Assembly (NCBI RefSeq): GCF_018977255.1
Contig: NW_024704742.1
Location: 106,456,001 to 106,520,000 of the forward strand
Length of the DNA stretch: 64,000 nucleotides
Reading direction: 5' to 3'
Origin: Callorhinchus milii
Lineage: Eukaryota
This document shows positions 13,326 through 26,817 of this stretch, piece by piece. The notes beneath the pieces were generated by a model. That model ran no database searches. It was not told the origin of the DNA and worked only from the letters and a program-made list of their open reading frames with translations. The translations under genes were made by a program, and so were the position numbers. Numbering within the stretch: the stretch's first letter is position 1; each line of letters opens with the position of its first letter.

Positions 13326-13936
13326 ACGTCTCTGGGCAACTTTTAATTGACTTGTTTCATTTTTGTGTAATGGACATCAGCTGAAGAGTCCAGATACGCA
13401 ATCTCCCCAGGCTAGAAATAACTTTTAAGTAATCCCAAGGAAGATCTGTTCCAGAAAACATACATAAAAAAGTGATAAGTCTTTCCAAAGTCTAAAAATG
13501 GTATGTAAAAAATGCAGTAAAAAAGTCATCAGATGAGCTGGAAGGTGATGATTTCACTTATCTGTATAAGAGGTACCTCTTCTGTTGATAATTATTAAAC
13601 ATTCCTTGAATAACACAATGATCTACTGTTAATTTTCCCATATTTCTCTAAATAAATTTGGACATTCATCTGATCATTGCACTAGTGGGTCCATTGCAAA
13701 TGTGGTATTCTGCAGAATATCCATGTATTTAAGCGCTCCGGAATGCTGCATAAAGGGTGCTTTATAAAATGCAAATTGGTGTTGTTGTTATTCACTCCTG
13801 ATGCTGGACAGAATAACGGTATAGAAATTCGCAGCTGCTGTTATCTTCACAGCCTGCAGGTAATGCAAGGTGAATCCCGGTCAACATTTGACAGGTCTTA
13901 TTAAAAACAGTTCTGTTGATATGGAACTAATGGAGT

Positions 13937-14253
13937 TAATAATAATAATAATCCTTGCATTTGATATAGCGCTTTTTACTTCTTCTAGATGTCTCAAAGC
14001 GCTTCACAGAATATGCTGTAAAATAAATTGCCTGCATATTTGTGGGCGAAACGCAGCAGCCAATTGCGCACAGCAGTGCCCCATAAACAGTCGTGGATTG
14101 AAAATGACCAAATTATTATTGTTTTTGTTTTGGAGGGATTATTATTAGGCGTGTGGAGTAAGGAAAGTTGCCCAAGGTTTCGCCCTGCCTGGAATTGAAC
14201 CCAGGTGTCTCGCTTGCAAGGCGAGTGCTCTAACTACTGAGGTACAGGACTCC
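13937..14253 (-). mobile_element. SINE, short form with TAGAA tail loop
   Basis: Full head-to-tail match to family; intermediate diagnostic bases. Confidence 0.93.
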
Positions 14254-16285
14254 TTGGTAGAGCAGCAGAGATAGGGCTGCTCTACGAGTGCCACTGTCTT
14301 GGTCCGCAAACTGTTTACCCTTCTACCCCTTTCTCTCCTCCATCTCCATTTTGCCTCCATCGCTGCAAGCTATGAGCACTAAACTAATTCACTCAAACCA
14401 CAAATAAAGGCATTTCAAATACCTGCAGCTATCCTTAAAACAACTTCAATTATAGCTCGTTTTACAAGTGGACTGCACAATTATTTAATACAGGAAATGT
14501 CAGACCTGACTCATAATAATTGGCTTAATTGGTACTTTAGTCATTGGACGTTGATTTATTACAGATACTAAAACTGTGCATGGAAAGTGCAGACTTGTGC
14601 TAATTGCCATAAGTTCTGCATTAGCAACAGTGCAAATGTACAGCTTATCTATGGTGAGCACATGGTAACATTCCAGGACACAATATGATTCTGGCATTGA
14701 TTTTTAAAAAGGTTTCTTCTGGTAAAATCCCCTCTTTAACACTGTATTATGAGGTTAACCAGATCAATCTGAATGTTTACAGTTTTGAAAGTCATTGGTG
14801 TGTTGTGCTTTGTCAGACCCCCTTTTACCCCATCCTAGTAGCTTAACTCCTAGAACTTGGAAAACTCACATTCCAGCATTGAAACGAACAACTGCAGTTT
14901 AGTCAAAGTGACACGGCTGTGAACGCAATGATAGCATTAGTGATGATGAATGTAGGCAACGTGTTTCAATAATGAAACAAGAAACCTTCGTTGAGCACAG
15001 GATATGGTCTGTAAATACAAATTCAACCATGACTAAGACAAAAACACAAACAAAAACAGTGCCATTTTTTGTTGTTTTAAGGACTGCAACTCCTGGTTGA
15101 CTGCATTACTAATGCTGACAGGTTTCTTGACCTCTTGTCAATTAAACTGACTTGTGTGGGCTACAAAGCAAATTTATAAAACCCACCATATCCCATCATT
15201 CAGGATTTGTGGGTGACAGAAGTTTTCGATCAGAGCTGCAGGGTCTCTGTGTCACTTTTATTAAACTGTCATCTTAAAACTGGCTGCGTTTCTGTGCCTT
15301 TTCTGCTTTGTTGGTTCCCGTGCTTCTCTCTGTCTCTTTGATGACAGCACAGACAGTTTTTATGGACGTGGCGCCTATGTTGACATGTGATTACTGTGAC
15401 TACTTTGTACCGAATACTTTGACTGCAATAGGTACATCAGAATAAGGCGAACTTGTGCATATCTTCCCCTCCCACGCCTCTATCAGAGATCTATATTAAA
15501 CAAAGTAATGGGGGGGAGGGGCGACTTAGGCGAGAAGTCAGCTGAATACATAAAAGAATAGGTAAAGAAATATGCAAGCAGAAATGGAATCTACTCCACT
15601 TAAAACCGTATATGATTTCAGTGAATATTTTGCTGAACGAGATATAATTTCAGGTCTCAACCTCACTTCTTTACCAGCTACTCTTGCTGATTGTGCTAAG
15701 TGCATACTTTGTTTAAGTGTATAGAATAAGAGCCATTGAAAGGGAACTATTAGAAACACAACACCCTCAGTGGATTAGGTGTTTTTTCATATGTCTCATG
15801 GAAGGATTAGTGCTACCTTGATCCCCATCTTAACAATGCATAAATCTCAGGAAGTTGAAGTAAATGATAGAGTCATTTGACACTTTGTATGTCAGAGTTT
15901 AACTAGTAAATTAACCTTAATTTATTTGTTTAAAGAGCCTGACCTGTCAAGTTGAATTGTTCACAGTAGGACTCCGAACATGACAATCCTACTGTTGACA
16001 ATTTGCATGCACAGGCTGCATTCAATTAAAAAAAACTACCCCATTAAAGAAACAAAATTATAGAGTATTGCTTGTCCTCTGAACTGACCAACAGCTTGGA
16101 GCTGAGCCAGGCTACAAACTGTGGCAATGCATTCATTCCCACCTACTGCGTGACCCCATTTACTTACTCGTGCACTGCACAGGGACGATTTGTGAGTTTT
16201 ACTATTTCACTTATAGTATCTGCCTCAATACCTGAACCTGGAGGAGCATGGAAACAGGCAGGATTGACAATTTGCAGGTACTAGT

Positions 16286-16591
16286 GGAGTCCTGTAGCTC
16301 ACTGGTTAGAGAGCACTCGCTTTGCAAGCGAGAGACCTGAGTTCAATTCCAGGCAGAGGGCGAAACCTTGGGCAAGTTTCCTTACTCCACACAGAGCCTA
16401 ATAATAATCCCTCCAAAAACAAACAATAATAAATTGGTCATTTTCAATCTACGACTGTTTGTGGGACATTGCTGTGCGCAATTGGCTGCCGCGTTCGCCC
16501 ACAAATATACAGTCAATTCACTTTACAGTATATTCTGTGAAGCGCTTTGGGACGTCCTCCCGACGTGAAATGCGCTATATCAAATGCAAGG

Positions 16592-16621
<30 letters not shown>
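16286..16621 (+). mobile_element. Young tRNA(Ala)-like SINE, full length
   Basis: A box, CTCGC-TTTGCAA-GCGAG anticodon arm, B box GTTCAATTCC, partial Deu core, stem-loop, long (ATT)n. Confidence 0.95.
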
Positions 16622-16623
<2 letters not shown>

Positions 16624-16934
16624 TGTATCCCCTAGTACATATTAATCTAATAAGAGATGCCAGGGAAACAGAGAAACCTACCTGAAACGCAACAAAATAT
16701 GCATAATTAAAGGCCTTGCTTTAGTTGGAATTACATACATTATTTTTGTAAAAGAAAAGGTTTAACAAGAACGGAAGCACAATAGAAGCACTTTAATATG
16801 TATTTTCTAACTAAGCATTTTAGAGTCTTGATGGTCCCTATCTCAGACTCTGGAAGAATTGCAGCAGTAGTTTGCTATAGTAGTTTGTTTAAGACAAGAC
16901 ACACTTTGAGGATTGCAGACTTCACTCCTTGCAG

Positions 16935-16977
16935 TTCAGATGAACGGATCCACAGGGCAGATGGCACTGTGCTAAGA
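16935..16977 (+). CDS. Candidate 43-nt coding exon (SDERIHRADGTVLR)
   Basis: ttcactccttgcag acceptor, GTATGT donor, open frame. Confidence 0.3.
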
Positions 16978-17579
16978 GTATGTTACCACACTGGCATCTC
17001 CCGTTGCCTGGAGACAATGGCGCTTTCAGCTTTCATTCCTGGCCCTTGTAATCCTGCTCTCCCCACGTAATGAGTCTGTGTAATGGAACTATCAAATCCG
17101 TGGCCATGAAGGTTGAGCTTCTTTTTGTACTGCTGTTACTCTGGTGTAAGGAGTTTACAGGTTCCTAGTCCTTCAGAAATGCCTAGGTGATTGCAATATA
17201 TATATTTTTNAAACAAAATCTAAGTTTAAAGATTAAATTTACCTCTTGTTCTCAGACTGCATAGTCCCAATGTTTATTCTGCAAGTGTGTAATAAAAATT
17301 CTAATTGCCTGAAAACACAATTTTTTAACAAACAGGAGCAGTAGGCTTAAAAGATCGACATGGTTACATTATTTAGGGAATGAGGACAATTGTTTTGCCA
17401 TTTTTTAGGTCAACAATATAGCTCAACCAGCAGCCTAGATAACCAAGCCTTGACTGAATTGAGTTAATGTTGTCAGCATCATCCTAAGAGCTGTTGGTTT
17501 TATCGGGAGGAATATGATGGAGGAACAGTAAATGCCAAATGTACCATTCTTTAAATCTATGAAGTTAGACAGAGTGCAG

Positions 17580-17875
17580 GTTGTTCAATTGTGGCCAACA
17601 TCTGGTGATTATATCCAAGCCTAGTCCTATTCTGACCCTGTGTCTTTATACTTATGCCTTTCAGTAGGGAGTCATTATCTAGCAATCACGAGTAAGTATT
17701 CTGGTTGATTTATCACTTTCCCAGTCTAGGGATGTTGAGGTCAATTGTATTATCCCCACCGCTGCCCTTTGCTGAGGTCATCTAATTCAGCATACATTGG
17801 GGATCAAACCTGAGGTTTTTGCTGGTTTGCAAAACTCAGTATTACACTGAGTGGTGCAATACCTCACAGAGAAAT
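17580..17875 (-). mobile_element. Ancient SINE-like repeat (second family)
   Basis: Diverged similarity to 21440-21685, 33105-33450 and 62100-62260. Confidence 0.6.
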
Positions 17876-20800
17876 TGTGGAACTTTGAAAGCAGAGTATT
17901 CAAACAAAATACTTAAAATTCTTACTTGTTTTGATGATAAAACAGACTGTTGCTGATTTTTTTCTCTTGCATTAAAGTGTTACTTTACTGATTTTAGCTT
18001 GATTTGTACATAGAAAAAAACTGTAGAGTACTTTCAGCATTATGATTTTCCCATTGTGCCTATGATGGTATAATCTCTCTCAACAGGAACTATGTACACT
18101 AATCCCACCCCACTGCCCTTTAGTATTATTTTGTCTGTTTTTCAAATGCTGTTTGGGCAACAACTAAAGGGAATGTTAAAAGAGTTATTGTACCTCAGTT
18201 CAACTGTATTAGAGTATCATACATTTGTATCTGTATTTCAAACGTATTATAGAATCATCGGATCATAGAATATTTTTCTACACAGAAAGAGACCCATTGA
18301 ACCACTGTACATCCTGTGATGATATCTTGTCTGAAACTGTTTCGCTTGCCCCTATCTATATATATAGCCTTTGTCACTCTTGTATTTTATTATGCTTGTA
18401 CCACACAAGAGTCTGAAATATCAGGCTTAGCCTTCGAGACCATATTTTCTTAAAATGAAAAATTTCGCAGAATTGTCAAAATCCTTAAATTCAGCCTTAA
18501 TTTGGCAGCTGGATCATTTTAAGAACCGCAGGAAAATAGCTTCCAAATTATGATTGAAGAAATTTCTATAATGTTGCACAATGTTAAATTCTAAGTCAAA
18601 ATGCTTTCACAGGTTAAGGCTAGGCAGAATTTGGGATGCATGGCTGTTATGGAATTTAAATAGAAAGATTACTTATCCTCCAATATTATCTGCCATTAGT
18701 AGCAATATCAATTTTTTTTATATATAGTAGATGTAGATATCTGTAGTAACATACCATGAGTTACAGACAGGAGTAGACTATTGGTCCATTCTATCCATCT
18801 AACGTCCCAAAAGGTTTGTTTGACACATCTATCTTGCAATCTACCATGAATTCTTTTAATTTCCACTAAATGGTCTATCACATTTTTGAAATACTTTATA
18901 GTTCTTAGCTCCATCATCTGCATTGGCAGTTTGTTGCACATTGGCACGATATAAGTGCAAGTTGTTGTTCTTGTCACTTTCTCCCAGCAACTTCTGTTTC
19001 TGTTTTCAGATTTCCAGCAGTATTTTGTGTTTTTTNGTTCTTTTTGTTTTTCTTGTTCCACATGTCTATCACTCTTGTCAAAGATCAAATTCCATAAAGT
19101 TCTTAGCAACTCTCTGTTTAACTCTAACTCTAACTAACTGAAAAATGGACTGCACATCTAACACCTATTCCACTATTGATGGGATTTCTAAGTTGGCAAC
19201 CCAATACGTCACAGCTCATAGTATGAAGAGGACCAATTAAAGTCTTTCTAAGCTTGGTACAATCTTATGAATTTTTATTTAATAACATCACACACCATTA
19301 CTGTAAAATAACGCAGGGTCAATTTTACATAATTTCTTAGTGGTATTTTTTAATTTGGAAATCATACCAACTCAAGGGAACTCCATTCCGAATATAGATC
19401 AAGTTGGATCAGCATCTCAGAGAGTTGGCATCATGGATTTTCCAATTTCTTCATTAAGAATTTTTTAAAAATGTATCCAAATATCTTTTCACATACTATG
19501 TGAACATTGGGAAGCAGCGACTGTGATTTATCAGGTTTTTCTTATTCAGGAAACAAAGTGTTTTTTCGATGATTAGTGTCCTTCAAATTCCATAGTCAAT
19601 CCTCCTCAGTCATACAAGGTCTTGGAAGAATAAAAGGATGAACTCCAGTTCTTTGCTGTACATTGTCAGAAATGATCACAAAGAAAAGCTGTTTGGCAGC
19701 AAAAACTGCACAATAAAGGGAAGTTGCATTCGTGAATAGAGTAAGTCTGACAAGTTGTCAGAGTAAAGAATAGATTGTTTTCCCATGTGCAATTCAGGAG
19801 ACTTGACAAAAGATGCGAGTGAAGACTTTATGTGGGGACAGACTACGACTAAGGTTTTCAACAGTAATAAATATCTGTAAACTGCTTATCTATTTCCTAG
19901 AATAATTTGAGTAATAGATTGCTTGCTTTCTGTTTTTCCCCTAATCTGTGCATAATCAGGAGCTAAAGCAGACTGCTTTTCAGTTGATGTCTTTCCACCC
20001 TGGACTTCTGATCATAGTTATTTGGAAGTAATTTGGGAAAAGAACAGACTACATTGCTCATAAATATGTAAAGTTGCTGTTGTACAAATCAAATGCAGTT
20101 TTGTATCGTGCAAAATTTCCCCAATGTTTAGTTTCATTGCCATTTCATTAGGTGCAGACTTTAATTTGCTGCAAATATTTCAGTCACTCAGTAATATTAC
20201 AAGTTTTATGTTTATGGCAACTGAACTGGCAGATTTCCTGGTGTTCCTGATGTTCAATACTGCTGGACTATCTCGGAATCACAGAATCATGTATTGTTAC
20301 ATCACATAAACAGACCATTATGCCATGATATTTGGGGACCCTGAGCCTCATCTCTCACCAACTTGCACTTAATTCTCTCAGGATTTGGGTAAGCAGGGAG
20401 TTCACCCCTCTCCCCTCAGAGAGGACATTCCATCCCAGACACAGGGAAATTTCTAGGTGTAAGCGGCATGCATATGTGGAACTCCCAATCTGGATTTTAT
20501 ACTCATAAGCAAAGCGATGTGTCAGAGGCCCAGCTGACCCAAATAAATAAGCTTAGTAATGCTTTGTACTGGTAAACTGCATAATTCAAGTTCCTGACAC
20601 TAGCTATAGTCCATGGAGAGCATTAAATACAGGTTTTAGCAGGTTCAATTTCAGCAGTACTCCAACTGCACACATTGGGGTCCTTAACGTCTTCACTTCT
20701 GCCAATGCCTCTGGAGAAGAAATGGTGTGCATAGCATGTGTTGCATAGAAATTGTACTCCAAAATACGACAGAGAAATACATTCATTTAAGTGAAAATTA

Positions 20801-21439
20801 TTTTATTTCACATCAGGTTACAAACCAATTCAGTCAATCTATATAACTGTTGAAGTAAATCAAGATATTCATCTGGATATCGTTACCAGTTTTATTGATA
20901 TTTCTGCATGCTATTTCTGAACTTTACAAAAAGAATAATGATCTCAGTCTTTCTTCCTGTTCTTAAGCCCTTTTGTAGTTGTTGGACTTTCAAGTATGCC
21001 ATGGGCTTTCTTAGAAATGTTGTTGATGAAATACAGTCCCATCAAGGAGAACAGTAAACTGTAAAAGAGAAGCTGCTATTAAAATAGACTCAATTTGTTC
21101 CTTGATTGCATAACCATTCACATCTCAGGGTGAAAAATGCAACAGTCAATATGACAAGATCACCAGTATCATCAACGTCTCAGTGAAAATCTGGTGATGG
21201 GTGAATCGTTCTCCTGCTCCCATTGTGACAAAAATGTTTATCCAAAGTTATGAGTGACAGTCCTGTGATTTGGCTGCCCCATGGATTTTTCTTGCAGGCA
21301 GGATAAATACTTAACCTCACTTTAAAAGCTGAGTTGTGTTTTAGTTATCATCTAGAATATTTCTGATGTCATGATTCTGTTGAGAAAGAATACCACATGG
21401 GTAGTAATGGATAGAGCTGCAGCTTATGGAGCAGTTGCT

Positions 21440-21685
21440 CAGTGGTCCAAATCCATGGTCCGTACTTATCTGTTGGTCTCAGGGCTCAGGGAGAGCTAAA
21501 TAAACCTTACCAAAGTTAGGGAGGGGTAGAAAAAAAACTGCTAGGTTTCCTGCCACTGGTCCCTCTACACTCTGTGTGGCTGCAGGTGGAGAGAGGTCAA
21601 GCTCAGTTGGAACAGTTTTCACAGTTGACTGGCCTGCTGAAATTCACTGCCGAGGCTCACACATAAACAGTGGCCACTAAGGCAG
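21440..21685 (+). mobile_element. Ancient SINE-like repeat (second family)
   Basis: Shares ttagggaggg...aggctcacaca..aa..gtggccact motifs with 33105-33450. Confidence 0.6.
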
Positions 21686-22059
21686 GGAACCGGAGGAGGA
21701 ACCTGCACCTCAGCGAGAGGAGATGGATCAGGAGCACAGAGGCATCCGCCAGTGGGGAGAAAATTAGAAAAATGATTGGTCACTACATATTTTAAAAAGA
21801 CAACAACTTGCATTTATGTAGCACCCTTATATAGTGGGGTGGCGTCTCAGAACATTAACGTTTTTTAAAAAAACATTGCTGCTGATAATTATAGCCAATG
21901 ATAATTATCCCATCACTCCTCACATTTTTCAATCCTTTGTGATGTACATACACTATGTCATGTTTCAGGCTTGCTTTTCCTACGCTTTCTTGCTGTATTT
22001 TCACAGGGCTATTGTGCACTTTTCTTTCTCTCTCGGGGTAAATGTAAAATTAAAAAAAG

Positions 22060-22530
22060 GCAAATGATATAATAAAAAGTCAATTGTTGTAACAAAACGG
22101 AACAGAATCCAGATTTCATTGTAGGGATTAGTAAAACATCATTAACATTCCAAACGCTTGTTTATTTGACCAGAGAATGACGATTAAATTCAAGCGCGAG
22201 AGCTGGTCATTAGCTGTGATGCCTGCATGTGCAAATGGTGTTGTTAATTTCATCGTGGGAATTTGATAGCAGCAAATCAAAATACTGGGACTTAGAAAAA
22301 CACAGGGCCGTTTGAGCAGAGTTACAAAACAGCTGAAACAAAGGGAAGAGAACTTCTCTTGGCTTTGATACAGAGATTTGATGTTTTTTTTCTGTTGCAC
22401 GCCATTCATGCAAATATCCATTAAATCTTTCATCGCTCCATTCCAGAACTCCACAGAAATGTGAGTCATCATTAAGTGGTTCATGCCTTTTCTCTCCCAT
22501 TTTCACTTCACATAAAAACTCCAAAGTAAC
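22060..22530. promoter_or_regulatory. Putative enhancer / conserved non-coding element
   Basis: Repeat-free block with FOX TGTTTAT (22159), E-box CAGCTG (22330), SOX AACAAAG (22337), TCF CTTTGAT (22363), octamer ATGCAAAT (22408), AP-1 TGAGTCA (22462); conservation not tested. Confidence 0.4.
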
Positions 22531-25500
22531 AGAATTTTGATCAGGCTTTTCATCAATACAACTAGTGCTTCTTGACCTTAACGGTGCTTGCTTCTATGCT
22601 TTGTTCAAAAGCAGGAGGTACAAATAAATCATTGCTAGCATTAAATATATGCATTCTTAACATTTAGTTTTATCTCAGTCTATTAAATATATTTTATATT
22701 ACTGTATAAAGGGAAAGTTATGTAAATACAAGGAGAGTTTTTCAAGCAGGATATAAAGGAACATATTATTTTTTATTTCTAAAGCACGTGTATTAATGTC
22801 CAACCAAATGGGCTAAATCATGGACTAAACTATCAGATGTGTTAAACTGCGAACCCATGGCTCAGGAAATCTCTGCACCAGGAGGAGAATGAAGGTCTGG
22901 ATCGTTTGCAGAACACATAATAAAACTGACTCATGTCTGTGCATTCTGACATCTGCTTTAAGTTGCCAGTTTTGTCACTTTATTTGTCACAACACAATAT
23001 GACAGAGAGGGTCACGCAGTGCACCTCTATAAAAGCCGAACATCATATACATCCAACTATAAATCTAGCCATCGACCAGGTACCAAAACTGTAACCTGAG
23101 GAATGGTGAGCATTAACACAGGAGCAGCAAGAGAAAAGCAATGATTTACAGACAGCTCACTGAACCCACTGTTGCCCCAAACAGATTTCAATGTTAGTGA
23201 TTTATGCTGCAATTCTCTCAGGTAATTGTATCAGTTATGATGCATTATTAATCGTGTTAATAAAGTAAGACAGACCTAACTCAGTTGTAAGCTCTGATCA
23301 GTTTCTAATGCTAGATTTGGCCTTTTATTTCTGCATCAATCACAAGTCATTCAATAAAGGCATGGATTTCACCAAACCATAAAAATAAGTTCCTTACAAT
23401 TTTGTTTCTTGCAACAATGTTTCCAACAATATGACTATAAAGCTATGGAACATATCATAAATTGCAGCCCTACACACAGGACTATAATATTTTGTTGTTG
23501 AAGGCATGCACCAGAGATACAGCAGCTATAACTTGCATACTTAATATTTTCTTTGTATTTTAACAAACATTTCTAAAGAATATCTCAGAACGCTTTATTC
23601 ACCAATGTTTTGGATCCCATGTTAAAGCTTTGAAGATTTTTTTTTGTCCTGGTGTCATAACATATGCTTATCCAAACCAGACTGAGAATTCCGCATATGT
23701 ATTCCTTCAATGCATGGAAATGTTTCTTTGGAATGGAATGTGTACTCTCTCCCTGGAGGGATGCATCAAGCTTACCAAATTCCAAAGAGTATTATGCACA
23801 GCCTGGCAACAGCCAAGGCTTGGAGACCCCAGAGTCTGTGTTGGGTACTGCTGGAGTTTAACCATCTAAAACTGCATAATTTGCTATTGAGACAGTATCT
23901 GGCAAGCTTTCCCATAGCTTATACAGCGTGGAACACCCTACCCATTGGGGCTTTGGCTTGCAGGGCTAGCAGGAGCTGAGTGGGAAGAATCCCTGCCCAC
24001 AATGACCGGTCTGCACCTCCAAATCCTACTGAAGAGTCAGGCTGTCTGGGCTGTCATCAGCAGTGCCCTGGAATGCTGTGGACCTGCCTGACTCAGGAGA
24101 CGGACGACCGAAACCACCAGAGAGACTTGATTCAATTATGAATTTCCATTGCCAAGCATGTCCCTGCTTAGTGTCTACCACAATATTTATCAAGTGCTTT
24201 CAGACTGTCTTTTAACTTAATAGCGTTGCATAAGTGCAAGTTGTTCTTGTATATTTAATATAGCACTCAAAACCCAACCAGAGCCATTTGATGCATAGAA
24301 GATAGACAAGCAATGGAGTTTGTCTTCATCTAGTCCAATGCTTTTAATAGCTTTGGACAAGACTGAGTCCAGTAGCTGAAGTGTATTTTCTCTCCAGCTG
24401 CTATACTTTCGATTACTAGGTCGAAGACTGATATTATCATGCAGTCCAAGAAAGGCTGAGTTTGTTCAAGGATTCCCACTCTTCCTTAATCTTTTTTAAC
24501 CATTTACTTACTATCTGTTTGGCTCAATAGATACAACTATTAAACCAAACAGCTGGATGCTTGAAACAGGGGAGAATTCAAAGTTTGTTTGGTTGGATAC
24601 CTGGCTGACCAAAATAAAAAGGAGGTGGGTGGATAGGGCCGAGTTTTGACTTAATCCCCTAAGAACTGAAAATGCCACACCAAATGTCAACTCCAAGCTC
24701 GATTCCATCCTCATCTGGCTTCAGTGATGCAGTTACTGCTTGTCCTTCAGGTGGCAAGTCAACTGCTCCATAGAGACCGGTGTCATGAGCAAAAGGTACA
24801 ACATCACGTTGGATGAAATCCAATCGGTCGCCTGATGGAGACAGGGAACAGGCAGCATCCCTGAGTGGGTCCTACTTTTGATTTATTCTTTTCCTAAGTT
24901 TTCTCTCAAACAGATTTCTTCCTTGCTTCACTCCACATAATCTATTACAATACAACAACTGTTCTCTTCACTCTGCCTTATTTACCTGACAACAGTCCTT
25001 CTCTGTCAAATTATATAATCACAGAAACACTGAAGTATAAAAATTCAGCGGTGGGTGGAGAATGTATGTCACGAGTAATTGCATATTTTGAGTGAAGAGA
25101 AACATCACTTGGGTTTTAGATGCCATTGGAGATGGTCAATGTGGAATCAATTGCTGCTAGATTTAATTTCACTGCCTACTTTTGATTTCTGCCCCGCTTT
25201 CAAAACTGCTTCCAAAAAAAACTTTTTTTTTGCCATAATCCATGACTGAGAACCAATTTTCAGACTCTAATAGTATTTTCCCTGGCAATATTTTACTGCT
25301 GCAGCCTTTAGTTTTCCGTCTGCAACTTTTAGGCATGGAAATGGTTCAGAACACTTGACAACGAATTGTGTATGCGAGTAAACTATTCAAATGCACAACC
25401 TTTTTAAAACAAGTTTTTGAATTTGTCTTTTAAGGAGAACGCTTCTTAATGCCCTCTCAGTGTGCACACTGAGCCTGGTTAAAAATTCTGCTGAAATGAG

Positions 25501-26115
25501 TGACTTTCTTTGTTAACATTCTCAGAAGCTATTAGTACCCATTTCCTCTTGCTTCAATAGTCAATACCCTGCAGCAGAAGATAGTGCAAATGCAGTGTCT
25601 GGTCCTGTGTTTTCTCTGCTCCTTCATTTATCTTGCTGGAGCTTTTGGCTGTAAGCAAGGAAACCAGAGACAGAGAGAGACAAGAGAGCTGCCTTCTGAA
25701 GTTAATCCAGGTCATTTTTCAGTGAAAAAGCAGGCACTGAGGGAGGGAGACTTCATCACTGCCTAGTGCACCGTAGGAGGTTTTTTTCACTCCTCTAATG
25801 CCCTATTGTTTTGTCTAACATTTTTAAAGCACTATTGCTTCATTGGAAATGTGCAATTCTGCAGTATTTCTTAACTCGGCTCTTAAATAACAACAACTTG
25901 CATTTATATAGTGCCCTTCATGCGAGGTAGTGTCTGAGCCTTTAACAGTGCTAGAGCTTGATGCCAAGCCGGGGAAAGAGGGAAGGTGATTGTAGGTATA
26001 GTTGAAGAGAAAAATCTTCAGTTGTGATCTGAAGGTGAAGGGAGTGAGTCAGTGGGCTCTAGAATTTCAGGGTGTAGTGACTGAAAGCATGGCGACTGAT
26101 GGTGGAGGAGAGAGG

Positions 26116-26490
26116 ATAACAATAATAATGATAATAATAATCCTTGCATTTGATATAGAGCTTTTTGCATCTTCTAGACATCTCAAAGCGCTTCACAGAA
26201 TATATTGTAAAGTAAATTAACTGTATATTTGTGGAAGAAATGCGGCAGCCAATTGCGCACAGCAGCACCCCACAAACAGTCATGGATTGAGTGACCAAAT
26301 TATTATTGATTTTTTTGAGGGATTATTATCCCCAGAAAAGTGATCTGCCAATTGACTAACAACCGAGTTCCTACTTACTACTAGGTAAACAGAGACGTAT
26401 GGAGGTGTAAGCAAACTTGCCCAACATTTCACCCTGCCCGGGAATAGAACTTGCGAGGCGAGTGCTCTAACTACTGAGCTCCAGGACTCC
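26116..26490 (-). mobile_element. SINE, long form with extra central domain
   Basis: Contains the reverse complement of gtttacctag..gtaagtaggaac..ggttgttagtc block. Confidence 0.9.
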
Positions 26491-26817
26491 ACAACATGAG
26501 GGATATGCAGAAGGCCAGAATTGGCTCACTAAAGGTACAGGTAGAGGAGTGTCGAGGGAAGCATTTTGAAGAGGTAGGAAGGTGCTAGGGCATGTGTGAG
26601 GATCTTGAAATCAATCTTGAAATCAATCAATAGGGAGTCAGTGGAGCCTTGCAGCAACTGGCGTGTTGGGATGAGGAATGTAGTGCAAATGAGGATACGG
26701 GCAGCAGAGTTTTGAATCAATCGGATTTAATGAGTGGTGGAGCTGGGGAGACTAGAGAGGAGTGTATTGGAACAATCGCCAGCGGGAGATGATGAAAGTG
26801 TGAATAAGGGTTTCAGT
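26491..26817 (-). mobile_element. Old L2 LINE fragment (continues at about 27550-27615)
   Basis: IQNSAARIL and DFKILT motifs on minus strand. Confidence 0.75.

Noticed and set aside
16286..16355. tRNA-Ala gene with TGC anticodon (also at other SINE heads)
   Set aside because: No 3' acceptor strand or Pol III terminator; runs directly into the SINE body in every copy
17210..19036. Ambiguous bases at 17210 and 19036
   Set aside because: Single N calls at homopolymer ends; sequencing uncertainty
19798..20027. Two further possible short exons (19798-19853 and 19960-20027)
   Set aside because: Weak donors and phase mismatch with the preceding candidate exon
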